A stretch of 64,000 nt of DNA from Botryllus schlosseri (taxonomy: Eukaryota): NCBI GenBank assembly GCA_051294905.1, contig CM119371.1, forward strand, positions 25,360,001-25,424,000, given 5' to 3'. Made by a program: the position numbers and the translations under genes. Each line of letters starts with the position of its first letter. Positions within the stretch are counted from its first letter, which is position 1. The notes below the pieces were generated by a model. It did no database searches and had not been told where the DNA came from. It saw only the letters and a program-made list of their open reading frames with translations. Shown here one piece after another: positions 1 through 14,000 of this stretch.

Positions 1-974
1 TCAACTGTACATTAACCCCGATAAAACGAATGTAAGTTGTAAATATAATTTGGCTAGTATTATGATCACTAGGCAAGTTTCGAAGACAAGGTGAAATGGT
101 ATTCAACTGTTTATTAGCGTCTAATCTGACATGGAGAAATTTTGAACTGTTTGAATTTTATGGATGTAATCGTTTGACTGCATTTCATAAAATTAGAGCA
201 GTACTTCCCAGCCCTGAATTCAATGGAAAAGCGATCATTAATAATGTGCCACTGGGTACTGGTGTTTTAATATGTAAATCAACAATATTACAAATTGTTT
301 TGATGAATTCTCAAACTCTCGTGACACTCTATGACATCGCAGGATAACCTATTATAATCGCTACAGCGGCTCGATCGAACTTAGAAATATGGTCTGATTG
401 ATGTCTTGTCTCGTAAGACTCCCGCAATCCAGTGAGTTGATAATTATTCATTTGTGGGGCCTGTTCTGTCCGACTGAGACTAATCATTTCGAAATTCGTA
501 CTGATTATTCTTTTCTTCTCTCTCCAATTTGAATTTCAATAGGGCATCTGAAACTCAAGGTGATGCGGTAGAAGCACTGCTTAGAGATCCTAAGTTTGCA
601 ACCAACAAATCGATTCTCAATTGAAAAACGTTTCATTCAGAAATCGAAAATGGGTGAGTACAACACACATGCGTTATTTTACTCAAATTATCACAGGTAG
701 TCGCGAATGATACCGCAAAACGTTCACTAAAAGTGTAAGAAGAGCCCGTTATTATTTGCAGTTTTATCTCGGAATGAGTAACTCAGGAATCAATTCCCAG
801 AGCCCGTTGTTAGACCAAGCATTTAGTGGCGACGTAAACGAATCGTCATAATAATCACCAGCTTGCAAGTGCTACATCTCTAACAGTGCGTTTTGATCTT
901 ATGTATTTGCGGCCACATGTGAATAAAATATATATTTATTGACCTAATATGGACGATCACTAGAGCAACAGTAC

Positions 975-1065
975 CTGCACTCTTTCCATCCGTCGCAAAA
1001 GCCTGTAGCAACAAGGCAACCCGATCCATCGTGGCATGTGAACTCTCCTTCGTAACAATTCAATC
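975..1065 (-). CDS. Exon 12 (A6): LNCYEGEFTCHDGSGCLVATGFCDGWKEC
   Basis: 91 nt, CCTCAG| ... AG|GTACTG. Confidence 0.9.
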
Positions 1066-4000
1066 CTGAGGAGATATTCAATTAAAAAAATTTCTTAGTT
1101 CAGCATTTTTGTCGGAACGATTTATTTACTAATAATAATCGAGTTTATTCGACAAAATTTGCTAGCCCCGGTAACTCATTTTATACTAGGCTTGTACCAG
1201 AAGTGATAGTAGTTGCATAAATGATTTATGAAGTTCCAAGTTCCCCTAACTGGTATACTCTCACAACTTGGCCTGCATAAATTTAGTTTATCGTTTACCT
1301 TTAGCCAACGAATCAGAATCAGTAGAATTAATGCGCTGACGCATTATCCGTTTTCAATGCGAAGTGACGCTGCCCGATAAGTCCCCACTGGCAAGTTTAT
1401 ATTTACTGTAGCTGCTTTCAAAAAAGAATTATTTTAACCTATTCATATTTACCATCCCTGCACAGTCTCTTCCTGTCGTGTTCTAGGTATCGTGGTAGAA
1501 TGCAAACTGGTGAAAGGCCTGAGGTTTTCCGTATGCATTTCGTCGCATTGTCAAATGTCGTATTGTGTGGTTCGTCCGATCCATCGCTGTCAAAAACATT
1601 GATACTGTAATATAAATTGCTTGATTACAGTTTGTCATAAATGAATTTCAACAACGCTACCCTGGAAACAACAAACCAGGGACTAAGCGCCTCCCAACCC
1701 TTGACTCTGACGGAAAGTTGTTATATACATTACACGCACAGAACAAATAAATAAGTGATATTAATGAATATTAAATTCAACGGCCGGAAACAATCATAAC
1801 GGAAATGTAAAGTCTACTGCAGGGCTAATTTGTAGGAAAAGTGCATTTGCAAAAGTTAAAAAGTTGCTTGGATCAGGTATAACTCTAATGAAATAAATTG
1901 CAGTCATACAAATTTATTATAATACTATATAACGATACACAAATTCGTGTAAAGCGGTAATAATAGGTGAACTAAGCGGGAGGTGGATTTATATATTGAT
2001 ATGTTCGTTACAGCAATGGTATGTATGGCATTATTTAATTGTTACAATTTCTTCATATTTTGGTTCAAAAGTGGTGAGAGGTAGTCGACGTCGGGAATTA
2101 TGGTTGTCACTATAGTTACGCAGATTCTAAATCCATTCATAAAAACAGTGTTTTCAATCTTTTTGGGGTCGCGCCCACACGCCTATATTTCCAATTTTTA
2201 TTATTAAGAGTAATAAAATACAAAATTTAAACTGGTGGGAAAATTATGCAACTCTGAAGTTTTTTTGACGTGATAGCGAGTCCGGGGTTTACGTTAGACT
2301 TTTGATAATAAGTACTAATATTCAATGTATGTCACAATGTTGCAAGTATTGTACCAAATTGTTTAAAATCAATCTGCATATCTACGGATCGATGATATGT
2401 GATAACAGGCTACATTTTGAACAAAATGTGACGAAATTGGCATGGAAAAGTTGGTGGCATATGACAATATGATGAAATTTGGTCGAAGTCAAGTAAGTGT
2501 TCCTAACATGAACCAGTAGTATCAAAAAGACAAAGGCAAATTTTTTACATAAATAATGTACCATCTCTTCGTTTCAGGCGTTATTGCATTCTGGAATGGT
2601 TTTTAGTTTAGAAATTTCCCTGTTTCTAAAATTCCTATTTCACATTAAAGTGGTAAGTCTGCTGAAAAGGGTTGAAAACCACTTCATTACACAGTCTCTC
2701 TGTGTCTCTCTCTCCTTCACACACACACACGTCAATTTGAACCATTTTTTACGACTAAGGTGAGGTAATATACGTATATAAACAACAGCTACTCCACGAA
2801 AAAATGCAATTTCCTATGAGGTCAAGAACGGACATAGAATGTTCTATTTCTGGTTTTCAACTTTACAGACAACAATTTAATGTATTCATGCTGCACTAAC
2901 CATATAAAACGAGTATGATATACGTCATGCATAGCTCGAGGTGCTCGAACTCAGGAGAGCAAGCCATACGAAACACTATATCACTATAACATCAGAATGA
3001 TCCTATTCCAAAACTGCGGACTCACAAACAAGAGCAGTGACCATTTCAAGTTGCTTTAACGCCATCAGATAAAACAACACATATATAGATAATTATGTTT
3101 ATGCGTGATATCACATCTCACTTGTTACACTCGACTATACAAAATATAATTGAAATCGTGTCACAAATGTTTTCGTTGGGTATAATATCGGCTTTATCTT
3201 GACGACTGCTAAAATAGGCATTGCGTCCGTGCAGTGTGATCTTATATTCCAGTATTCGACTTTATCTAATCGGTACCTGCAGTCCTTTCTTCCGTTACAG
3301 AAATTTGCAACACCAATGCATCTCCTCGAGGGGTCGCGGCATTCGAATTCCGAATCGGTACAATTAATCTCTAAATTGAACCGTTATAATTAAACCAATC
3401 CGAGTTATTAAATAATGTATTTGTAGAAAATCACCGATGACTTGCGTAAGTTTTTGCAACTTTTGTAACTTTTTTACAGCTTTCGGCAGCTTCCTAAATA
3501 GTCAGAAGTTATGTGGAAAGGTGTTTTAAGCTGTTTGAAGGATTCTTATATTGCAACTTTTCTCCATTTTTTTTATGCAACATTTTTGAAACTTTTTCGA
3601 CTTTTCATGAAACATTTTTCGATTTTTCCTGCAATCAATTTTTTCATGGAAATATTTGGCACTATATGGAAATGGATTTTTTCACTGTTTTCTAGATTTG
3701 AGGTCATTTCTGATTTGACGTATCTTCAGGCTAGACCGCCGAAAATTATATTTTCAGTGGGTTAATTTTTGCAGGATATCGATTCTTTCAAGTCGCCAAC
3801 ACTGTGTTTTGCTACAGTGCCTTGGATATGGATTGATTCGAGTATCTCCTACCCTAATAATTTCACGGTAATTGTCCATAAATGCAACATTTTAGTGCAA
3901 CTTTTGTGGAAAATAAATGCAACTTTCCACGGATTTGACTGCAACAAAAACTTGCCCTACTGATGACCGATGGGTCGCCGTGAGAACGGACGACATTCTG

Positions 4001-7000
4001 CAGAATGTTTTGAAAACCGGGATCATTTTTCGTTTTTTGAGTGTCGGAATTTGGAAACAGATTAAACAGTTATTTAATCGGAGGTGTAATATCCGAAATT
4101 ACAATATGAATCTTTGTGACAAGCACAGAACGAATAATTATTAAAAAGTACAAGTGGTGAAGCTAGGCGACCCCTACCACCTATAGAACAAGCTGAATAT
4201 CCGTAATATATCTTTGAGTGATGGGATCAAGTCAGTAATCTCGAGTCACAAGTAATACAATGGTTTTAACATCGCCCATTAATCTATACCCCTTTGCACT
4301 ATTAAACAATTACTTTTACGTTGCTGTTCAAATCAAATTATCTTATAGTATATAATACCTCGTTTCGACCAGCACTATAATATGATTAATAATGATTTTT
4401 TTAATTGTTGAAATCACAATGAAATTAATAGTGATTCAAATTTAGTCAAAACCAAAGTTTCAACTTATCAAATGGGCATTTTTATTGATTTTTCTCGCCC
4501 TAAATCAGAAAATATTGGTTTAAAATAATGATTCAACCATTTTAAAGAACCAAACAGCTTAAACAGTTCACGATTGTAAGGCAAGAGTTGGGTTAATGAC
4601 TTCAAGGCCCAAAATCCAGCTGTAAGTCCACGTGAACCACCTTACTGTCGATGATTGCTGAAAAAAAACTTTGATTCGAAAAAAAAGCAAAGACATGACC
4701 ATGGATTATAATATATTGAATATATTATAATGTTAACTTTCAACCAGGATCGCAATGTGGGTAAACGTGGTCAATTGGGACGGCAAATGAGATGCCCACG
4801 TTAGAAGCGACATAATGATAATCTGTAAACGTGTCTATTTTGACCCAAAGTTATTTCCTGCGAACATATCGATATATGCATCCAACGTCTCGTGAATCCG
4901 ATTATTAGTTTTATCACGTGTCATTAGTAGGGTTGTTGTTATTGTTTGATATTCATGGTGTTTCGACTACATAGATCATTTTACACCAGTCCGATATCAT
5001 TGGTCGACACATATTTTTAGACGGACAAAGTAAAAATGGTTTATGAGGTTCTGAAGGGCACTGATTCCGAATATCACCTTTTTTCAAACTGGATCTTGTT
5101 TTGGAGATAAGCCATGGGTCTATTTTGACCAAAATCTCCCATTTTCGCTTAAATGACTAGATACAAAATCGGCTTGTGCTATAATGTTTTGAAATTCAAT
5201 CTACTTGTTATTTTTACACACAGAAGACTCTTTTAATTCAAAATACAGCAACAGAACTTATTTAGGGGTATTAGATTCATCATAGTTATAGACTTTGACG
5301 GATATCATGCACATAAATAAACACCAGTCATGTATGTAAAGATTTACCCAAATACTCAAATAACGTGACATTGTTTCAATCATTTTTACGTCAACCACCT
5401 ATTGTACATTTGACATATAACAATAATAATTCAGTTTAAAGCGCAATTGTTTTTGTACAACTTTTGCCTGCAAGCACTTTAGTGAAGTTTCTTGAGAGGT
5501 TCCAGCAATGGTCTGCCATAATATGTTCATTTTATCTGCCCTGATATCTTTCTCTTGTTGTTTTGATGTCTTGGTGGAACCTCTGCCCTTGTTAATCAAC
5601 AAGATGATCAGGAAATATATCAACATGACTGAACAGGAAGGGGACTTTTGTAATCATGTTTTTTCCAAGTTTTCGATATACAGATACGAATTTTCGCACC
5701 AGCTGTTTGTAGTTGATTGCTTTGTGATCATCTACAAAGTTTAATTTACTACGTCTCAGGAGAAATTCCATGCAATGATCTCCTTCCTAATATGAAATTG
5801 GAATCTCTCATCCGTATTCGAATCTGAAATTTATCAAAAATACCATATTTTAGCTTCTCGTTTGACAGTGATACTTAATACACACACTTCGTTGACTCGG
5901 CGGGAAATCATCCATTAACAAGTCCAAACGAAAAGAGATGCATATGAGCATTGTAGTTAAGCTTTTTGAGGATAAATTGCATAGTTTTACACTCCTCTTT
6001 AATTTTAGTGGAACGACCAATTGATACAGGAGAATTTGTATTTTCGTGGTGCAAAAGAACAGTTGTTAGGTCATGTTAATATTGATAGAATGACTGACAC
6101 CGACATGCGGATTCTTCATAGTTAATTATCTAGTTAGGCGCTGTATAAAATTAGAAAAAAAATACGATTTTCTTCCTACCGAGTGAAATATTTAGGGGTA
6201 AATACTGCAAGTATGGCCTTGTTTACGGGTTTATTGATGTTCTGAACAATAGCCAATCTGGCAAAACTGATGCGATATTCGTAATCAGCAACCTCGAAAA
6301 TCTCAGAAACGACCCCCAGATGTTCCGCAATTATTTTTTCATTCTGCTGACTACGTCATGAATTCGAGTTTACTGATCTGTAGCACGGCCCACATCTAGA
6401 CTTTTCACGTGGCGATGAGGCGTCTAGATAACCCTCCAGAACTGATTTAGGAATTCTGGAGTCGACCTTTGTCGAACTCGAAACCGTAATTCATTGGTGT
6501 CGCAGCTGAATACTAGGGCGGAGCATGAATCGGAGCCGGATTGACTATTCGGCCGGATTTTTTCAATTTTGGCTGGAGACGGATCGCAGCCGGATCAGTA
6601 CTTTTTCTGATTCGGCCGCAGCCAGATCAGAGTCGGATCAGTACTTTTTTAATACGACCAGAATCTTTATTAATAAGTATGACTTTTGTAAGTGAATAAC
6701 TGCCAACCACACGTCATTAACCGCCAAGTCAATGCGAAGTAAACGAGTCATATTTGTAAATTCACGGAACCACCGTATCGTACCGAATTTTTGCACAGCC
6801 ATCACAACACACATTTTCTGACTAGGCATTTTCCCTCTAATATTCTAGTTTAGTTGTTCGGTGAAATGGCGCATTTTATCGAAGAAAGCAATTAAAGCTG
6901 TTCAGTGTTCATAGAGTAGAGAAACCGAAAGTCAAGGATATCAAGGGAAATGAAAGTGGAATATGGAACAATTTTACCTTGCTCAATCGCACCTGTGAGG

Positions 7001-10000
7001 ACAACTAATCTAAATTCGTTTTGTATCACGCAGTGTGGTTGCACATTCAAACAAGAGAATCGCAGTGGCGCATCACATTTATGCACCCATATTAAAGATA
7101 GATGCATTGTATCTAAAAGGAGATCATCTGGGCAATGTTTGATGTCACACTTTGCGAGAAACAAAAATAATTGCTCTGTTGCAAAGTAACGTTAAGGTTC
7201 AATTACTTGAAACAGCCACATCATACATTGTGAAGGATTTTATACCATCATGCCGTACAGATAATGCTGTTGGGATAGCAGTGCTTCTGTAGAGAAGAAA
7301 CGAAAATCCAGCAATTCGAAATAGGTTATCGACGAATATGCAATGCTTGCGTTCACCTCAGAGATGTCGACTGATATCACTGACTGAAAGGAAAAGAAAA
7401 AGAGCCAGAGAACACCGGCTGTCTGATCACCTTGCATGAAGAAGCAAGCACTCGAGGTATGGAGAATGAAGATCCAATACCCTCCCCCCCCCCCAAAAAA
7501 AAATGAAGAATTGAAAGTCTGCTAATTTCAGTAAGTCAAAAGATTATTTAGCTTCTTACACCGATCGACATTGACTTTTCCTGCAATTGCCGCATCCATT
7601 GCTGACATTAAGTAACTATTTAGTACAGGGGTTATTAAACTTTTTCTTGCCGGGCCCCTTTCGAATATTATCTGGGTCTGGCGCTCCCATATTTTAAGAA
7701 CGCTAGTGAAAACAAGGGATGAAGTTCGAAGTCCGTTCAGGCTTTTCGGGTTGAGACTTCACTATTGGAAATAGCTTGAATCGCGCCAGAGCACCATTCG
7801 ACTAATTAACGCTGTGCTATATTCGCGATAAAATGAAGGGTATCATAACGACCATCGGGTACGTGCTCATATCATCTGGTCAATTAACTTCAACATTAAT
7901 TAATTCCAAACAAAGCAATCCATATTATATCACGTTATTGTAAGGTAGCGGGTCTCAACACAAAACAGTATCATCAATTATGATACGATAAAGAAATATT
8001 CCGAAGATTTAATTTAGAAACCCACAAATACAAATATAATTAATTATTGATTTTGACTAAAAACCTTTAAAGTATCTTTAATGTACAAAGGGCTCTCACT
8101 CTCGCTCTGAAAAGTGGTACAGTGCCCGTTATTCGACTTCGGCAAGCTGTTTGCTGCGGAATAAAATTAGGGTTACCATATTTTGGAATCGGGAAAGGGA
8201 GACACATTTTACCAAATCAGAAAAGTTAGTTGATCAATACTGAAAACTGCGAATTTCGCTATTTTTGCTAGAATATTTGAGGAGTTGACTAAAAACGATT
8301 AAAAAGGTCACCTCCTCCGGTCGACTTCCGATTTACGCACTTTTTACTTGAAATTAGTGGTGTTGACTAAAAAAATATCGTCACTTTCGATCAAATACCG
8401 ATCACCCACTCGAACGTATGTATCTGCTACTTAGCTTCATTTACGCTCATTTTCGGTCTAAGTGGTCCATTATCCTAGCTGTGAAATCTGTAAACGAGGA
8501 CGAATTGCCAAAATGGAGGACATTAAGGGATTTTTGGACGACATTCTCAGAAACCTGAAGAAGAAGGACAAAATCCTCCTAAAGGATGACGTGTGATAAC
8601 CCTAGATAAAATACCTAATTCGAAACATTTTGTGAAAAATAACCCGAGGTAGCGTGATGGTAGCAGTTTAACGGGGAATTGGCGTCTAAAGGTACGCGTA
8701 ATTCATTTCACATTAATTAAAATAAACCACTGCATACATGGATACATATTGCAAACGTGGCCGGCATATATTTCACGCGTAGCGCGACGTAAAGTCTCGA
8801 GATGTGACAGATTTCGTCGAATGTTAATTTGCAATGAGAACTCAGGGATATATAAAACTGTTGTTGGCCTGTGTCCCTATTGCATCCTCTACTGCGACGC
8901 CATTTTCCTTCAGCGCCCCCAATACCGCCCCTGATTCCAGCGCCCCCTCCCCATATCGCCATTTGGCGTTTTCGTCCCTTCAAAATCCAAAATGCCCCGT
9001 GGTGGGCGCTGGCGACAAGGCTGAGAAACACTGATTTAGTACATGAGGCAATACCGCTACAAAAAAGAGCAGCCATCTCCTTTTTCACCCTTGAATCAAT
9101 AGTTACTTTTAACAGTTCATGGGGATAAACCGCTTGCTAAGTCCAAGTTGGTAATATTACTTCAGATAAGCGTTGGCTTGGTCTTTGAGTTTTTAATTTC
9201 TTGTTTGTTTTGTTATCCTTTTTTTTCAATTTTCAATATACAACCTGTGAGTTCTTAATGCCATGTTACCTTTTTTGGCAACATGACCTTTACCCGCATC
9301 ACATAATTCATTGTTTATATGGTTGATTAGAAATAGGTAATCACAAATGATTATAATCGGAGTTTTTCGGATCGGATATTGCTCATTTTAAGAATCCGAC
9401 TTCGGAGTCGGATCGGAGTCGGACCGGAAAATTAAAACAGCAGGACAAGAGTTGTACCAGAGAATTTGTCGATCCGTTCCGCCCTAGAAAGTACCGCAAC
9501 GCTAACTCGCCACTCTTAGTGAGTGTCGTAAAGCAATTAGTGATTCTGATGTGTCCCTGGCTAGTCACTAGTGAATTAAAAAATAAAAATATTCGCACAA
9601 AACGTCAAATAATGCATTTTCAAATGTGCCATATATAATCTACACATATACGGATGTAAATTTGATGTACTTAATGCTAAACTACAATGTATATAATTTT
9701 CAGACCTACCTGATCTGCACAGATCATCTCGTTTATGTTGGAGTTCAGGAGGAAGGACACACAGTCTGCGATTGTTCCACGGTCTTCTACATAATGTTCT
9801 GTTATCTTCATTTAACGCATAAGGCTCGTCAGATCCATCTCTGATAAAATTATATACCAGATTCTGAATGTCAGGGCAGCTAAAACTGTATATTACCGTG
9901 GTCATGACATGCAACATGACATGAGTCACAGAGGATAGAATACGAGCCAATTTAATAAATAAATTAATAAATGAATAATCAAAAAGCATATTGTACGATC

Positions 10001-10981
10001 CCAAAATCGCTTGCTGCTCTAGCATCCGATTTTGTAATGTGCACTAAGCTATATTAATACCATGTGTGTTCCATCCTTTACCAATACGTTTTATTATTAA
10101 CTTTTTTAAATAGTACTCGGTCCTAATCCTCCGATATATTTAAGTGGTATTACACCACTTTAACATTTTTCCAACTCGTTAAATTCCAGCCAACCACTAC
10201 CTTTACTTGAAAGCTTTTATAGTCACTAGGGATGGTGTGAACCTCTGAAAGGTTCAGGTTCGTGTGAACGCGAACCTTTTTGAAAGGTTCTGTGTGAACG
10301 CGAACGTGAACCTCATGACGTCACGTGACGTCATATTGCTAATTCCAGCCCTATCTTTTAATGAAGTGATAGCCTATATTAATGTACACGATACCTAGCG
10401 AAGACTCGGGCCACCTAATGCCACAATGCTGAAGTACATATTGGCGTTTTAAACGTCGCCAAATGTATCAACTGAGACAAACAAATGATATAATAATCCC
10501 ATAAAATCAATATCTTCCGACGCTTTGCCGACAATTTCGACGAGGACTCGCCAGGGAATATAAGCTTAGGTCTTAAAAGTCCAGGCCAGACCAGACAATG
10601 CATTCGGCGTCTGATTATTGCTACATTGATATTGAGCAGAGGGTAAAACAGGTTTCTATACTTGCTACTGATAATGCCCCACAAGTTATACGGATGTAGC
10701 CAACACCTCAATCGCACGGATTTGGTTTTAATGATACAGTAAACCCGCTATATTTGTTACATCAGAAAAGGATGTCAATCTCATTTATTGGTTGGATATG
10801 CATCATTTGCTGACGACATGTAGTGTATTTCGCTCGTGATGTTGTGTGATTGCGGGTCAATATAGGCTTACCATATTTCGGAAATGAAAAAAGAGGACAC
10901 TTTTTCAGAAATTTCAGACATGCAAAACCGGAGAAGAATTCTCAAAAAACGGTAAATTTTCCCCACTTCATGAGCGGTTGA

Positions 10982-11014
<33 letters not shown>

Positions 11015-14000
11015 TTTTCTTTTCGCTCAGAGCTGAAATCACCACTTTTCCCTTCGAAATACCCGCCGGAGCTTCACTTCTGCGCTAATTTGCGGCATAT
11101 CACTCGCAATTTCCTCTAAATCTGACCTAAATTTTCAAAAAAGAGGACAAAATCTCAAAAAAGAGGACAAAAGGGCGTCCTCCGAGGACACTTTCAAAAA
11201 AGTCAAAAAAGAGGACAAATCCTCTTAAAAGAGGACGTATGGTAAGCCTAGTCAATACCACCGGACAGAGTCACTAAATATTCACAACCGGAAAGCTGGA
11301 TATTTCGAGCAAACTTTTGTAACAAAGCCAGTAAAATTTTTGAGATTGTCAAGGTGCATGGTAGTTTAGTGTTGATATTTTTAAGCTGCCAGCGCCATGC
11401 ATAGAGTGGTCCGCAGTTGAAATGCAATTAATTCGAACCAAAGATGTAATAATGGAGCGAAAAATTGTAATATATGAAAAAGGTTCACAGTGCAGAACCT
11501 ACCAAGGTTCTGTTGTGAACGTGAACCTCCAAATTTCCGAGGTTCACATACAGAACGCGAACGTGAACCTCACGTTCACACCATCCCTAATAGTCACACT
11601 GCTGTCTTCCTAATTTTAGATTGTGTCTAATAGGAGGTAATATATGAATACGTTTGCATTCATTCCCCGTGGAATTACGATGACAACTAGGCAAAGCAGA
11701 CATGTAGGACGGTAAATAAGCCTAAGTTCGATAATGACACCTGTTGTTCTCGACACCTGTCATTTTGCGTTATTCGCTAACATGCATCTTGTAATTTTTG
11801 AAACTGCAGGAAAAAAGCATTTGCTAAGTAAAAGTCGGAGCTGCCTGGTCCAAATATCCTCCTTGAAACTGTTCAGTCATAACTAATTAATATAGCAATA
11901 TCAAAGTATCCAAAGACTTTAGTTGTTTCAAGCTCATATACACACCGACTTCGTATTTTAAAGAGCGAGGAATTGTTTTATTAAGCTGCGCCTACCTGCA
12001 GTGACTAGATCCATCGCAGAATTGTGAGTGGCGAAGACAGTTTGACCCATCCCGGCATTCGAGCTGCTCATCAGAACAATTAATGTCTTGAAGGAAAGAA
12101 TTTGAGTAGATAATTCACATCGTAGCTTTAATATTCGATGGTAATGATTCAAGATTGTTGGAGGTTCTAATGAATATACTATCCTGAAACGGTTTCTGAG
12201 GATAATTTGGACTGATTAAGTTGTAACGGAATTTATTGCAAATTATGGTGGTGTGTTAGAGATTGAACTATATCTGAATTTCTCATTTTACATATAATAG
12301 CCTACATATTAGCCTACTTTAGGCCGTTGTAAATAGCCCATTGCCTACTTATTATGAATATTCAACCAATCAGGGAAGTAGCCTACTTGGGCTGTGATGG
12401 TGTGATGCACAACACACCGCAAAACCTGTAAAATGTAGCTGGGTCCGAAGATACTTTGTGCCGTTTGGTTTGAGGTAAGGCGATCAAAATGAACTGTGAA
12501 TGACCGCAAATGGCCTTTGGTCAATATCTAGCGCAACTACAAAGTCATATAAAAAGAACTCCTACTATACACGATGTAATCTACATCTTGAACAAGACTG
12601 CATGATAAATTGTTTTTGTGTTAAGAAGTGCGCGACTACACACTGAAAAGTAGGCAACATTGCCAGTATGAAGCAAATGAATGTGTCACCAGCACACCAT
12701 AAGTTAATGATATTTATTATAGCCTGCCAACAATTGTTGCAGTGGATTTATAGAAAGCAACTTCGTAAGAACAAACAGTTTTATCCGGATAATGTAAAAG
12801 TTACTCCAAAAGAATTAATGTTTCGTGAAACATTGTGTAATTTATACTGGAACTTTTCTTCCGTCACAAATTTTCGAAATATCCATTTTTAAAGTATGAA
12901 AATTTCCCATTTGTAGGTCAGTTTCCGCGTTTTATAGGCGAAAAATAATGGCCGAAATGATATTTTTCCTTTCGATTTCATAGTCAAAATTCGAATTATA
13001 TCTCTACTGTTTAGAGCTATTTTGTTTGAGTATTGCGGGCTGTTTTTTCGCCAACCTTACAATGTCATTCTCGTAGGGATGGCGTAAACCTCTGAAAGGT
13101 TCAGGTTCGCGTGAACGCGAGCCTTTTTGAAAGGTTATGTGTGAACGCGAACGTGAACCTCATGACGTCACGTGACGTCATATTGCTGATTCCAAACCTA
13201 CATTTCAGTGAAGTGATAACCTATATTAATGTACACGATACTTAACGACGACTCGGACCACGTCATGCCACAATGCTGGAGTACATACTGACGTTTTAAA
13301 CGCCGCCAAATGTATCAACTGGGGCTCTCAAATCATATAATGATCCCATAAAATCAATATCTTCCGTCGCTTTCGCCTAAAATTTCGACGAGGACGTGCA
13401 AGTGAATATAAGCTTATACGTTGATATTGGTTAGAGTGTAAAACGGGTTCCAATAATACCCCATTAACAAGTTATACAGCAGTAGCCAACACCCCAATCG
13501 CATAGATTTGGATTTTATGATACAATGAAGATATTAAATCAAGATTGACTCTGTACGTACGCCTGGTTGATTTTTTTCATCAGACTACGATATCAATTTC
13601 ATTGATTTATTGAATAAGCATCATCCGATGACTACCTGGATGTAGCGTATTTCACTGTTGATGTTGTGTGATTGCGGGTCAAGCTCACAGCAGAAAGTCG
13701 CTAAATATTCATATACGTGAAGCTGGATATTTCGAGCAAACTCTTGTTACAAAGCAAGTGAAATGTTTGAGATTGTCAACGTACATGCGCGTTTAGCGTT
13801 GAGTTTTGAAGCTGCCATCCCCATCATAGAGTGCCCCGCAGTTGAAATACAATAAATTTCAACCAAGGATGTTGTAATGACGTGAAAATTGTAATATATG
13901 AAAAAGGTTCACAGTGCAGAACCTACCAAGGTTCGTTTGTGAACCTGAACCTCTAAATTGATGAGGTTCACACACAGAACGCGAACGTGAACCTCACGTT

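Noticed and set aside
1..970. Next B exon (DGSDE) of the host gene
   Set aside because: No DGSDE-encoding sequence with an acceptor was found by eye; presumed to lie outside the window.
8717..9128. Cluster of overlapping Gly/Pro-rich ORFs
   Set aside because: GC-rich patch within a transposon; no recognisable domain or splice structure.
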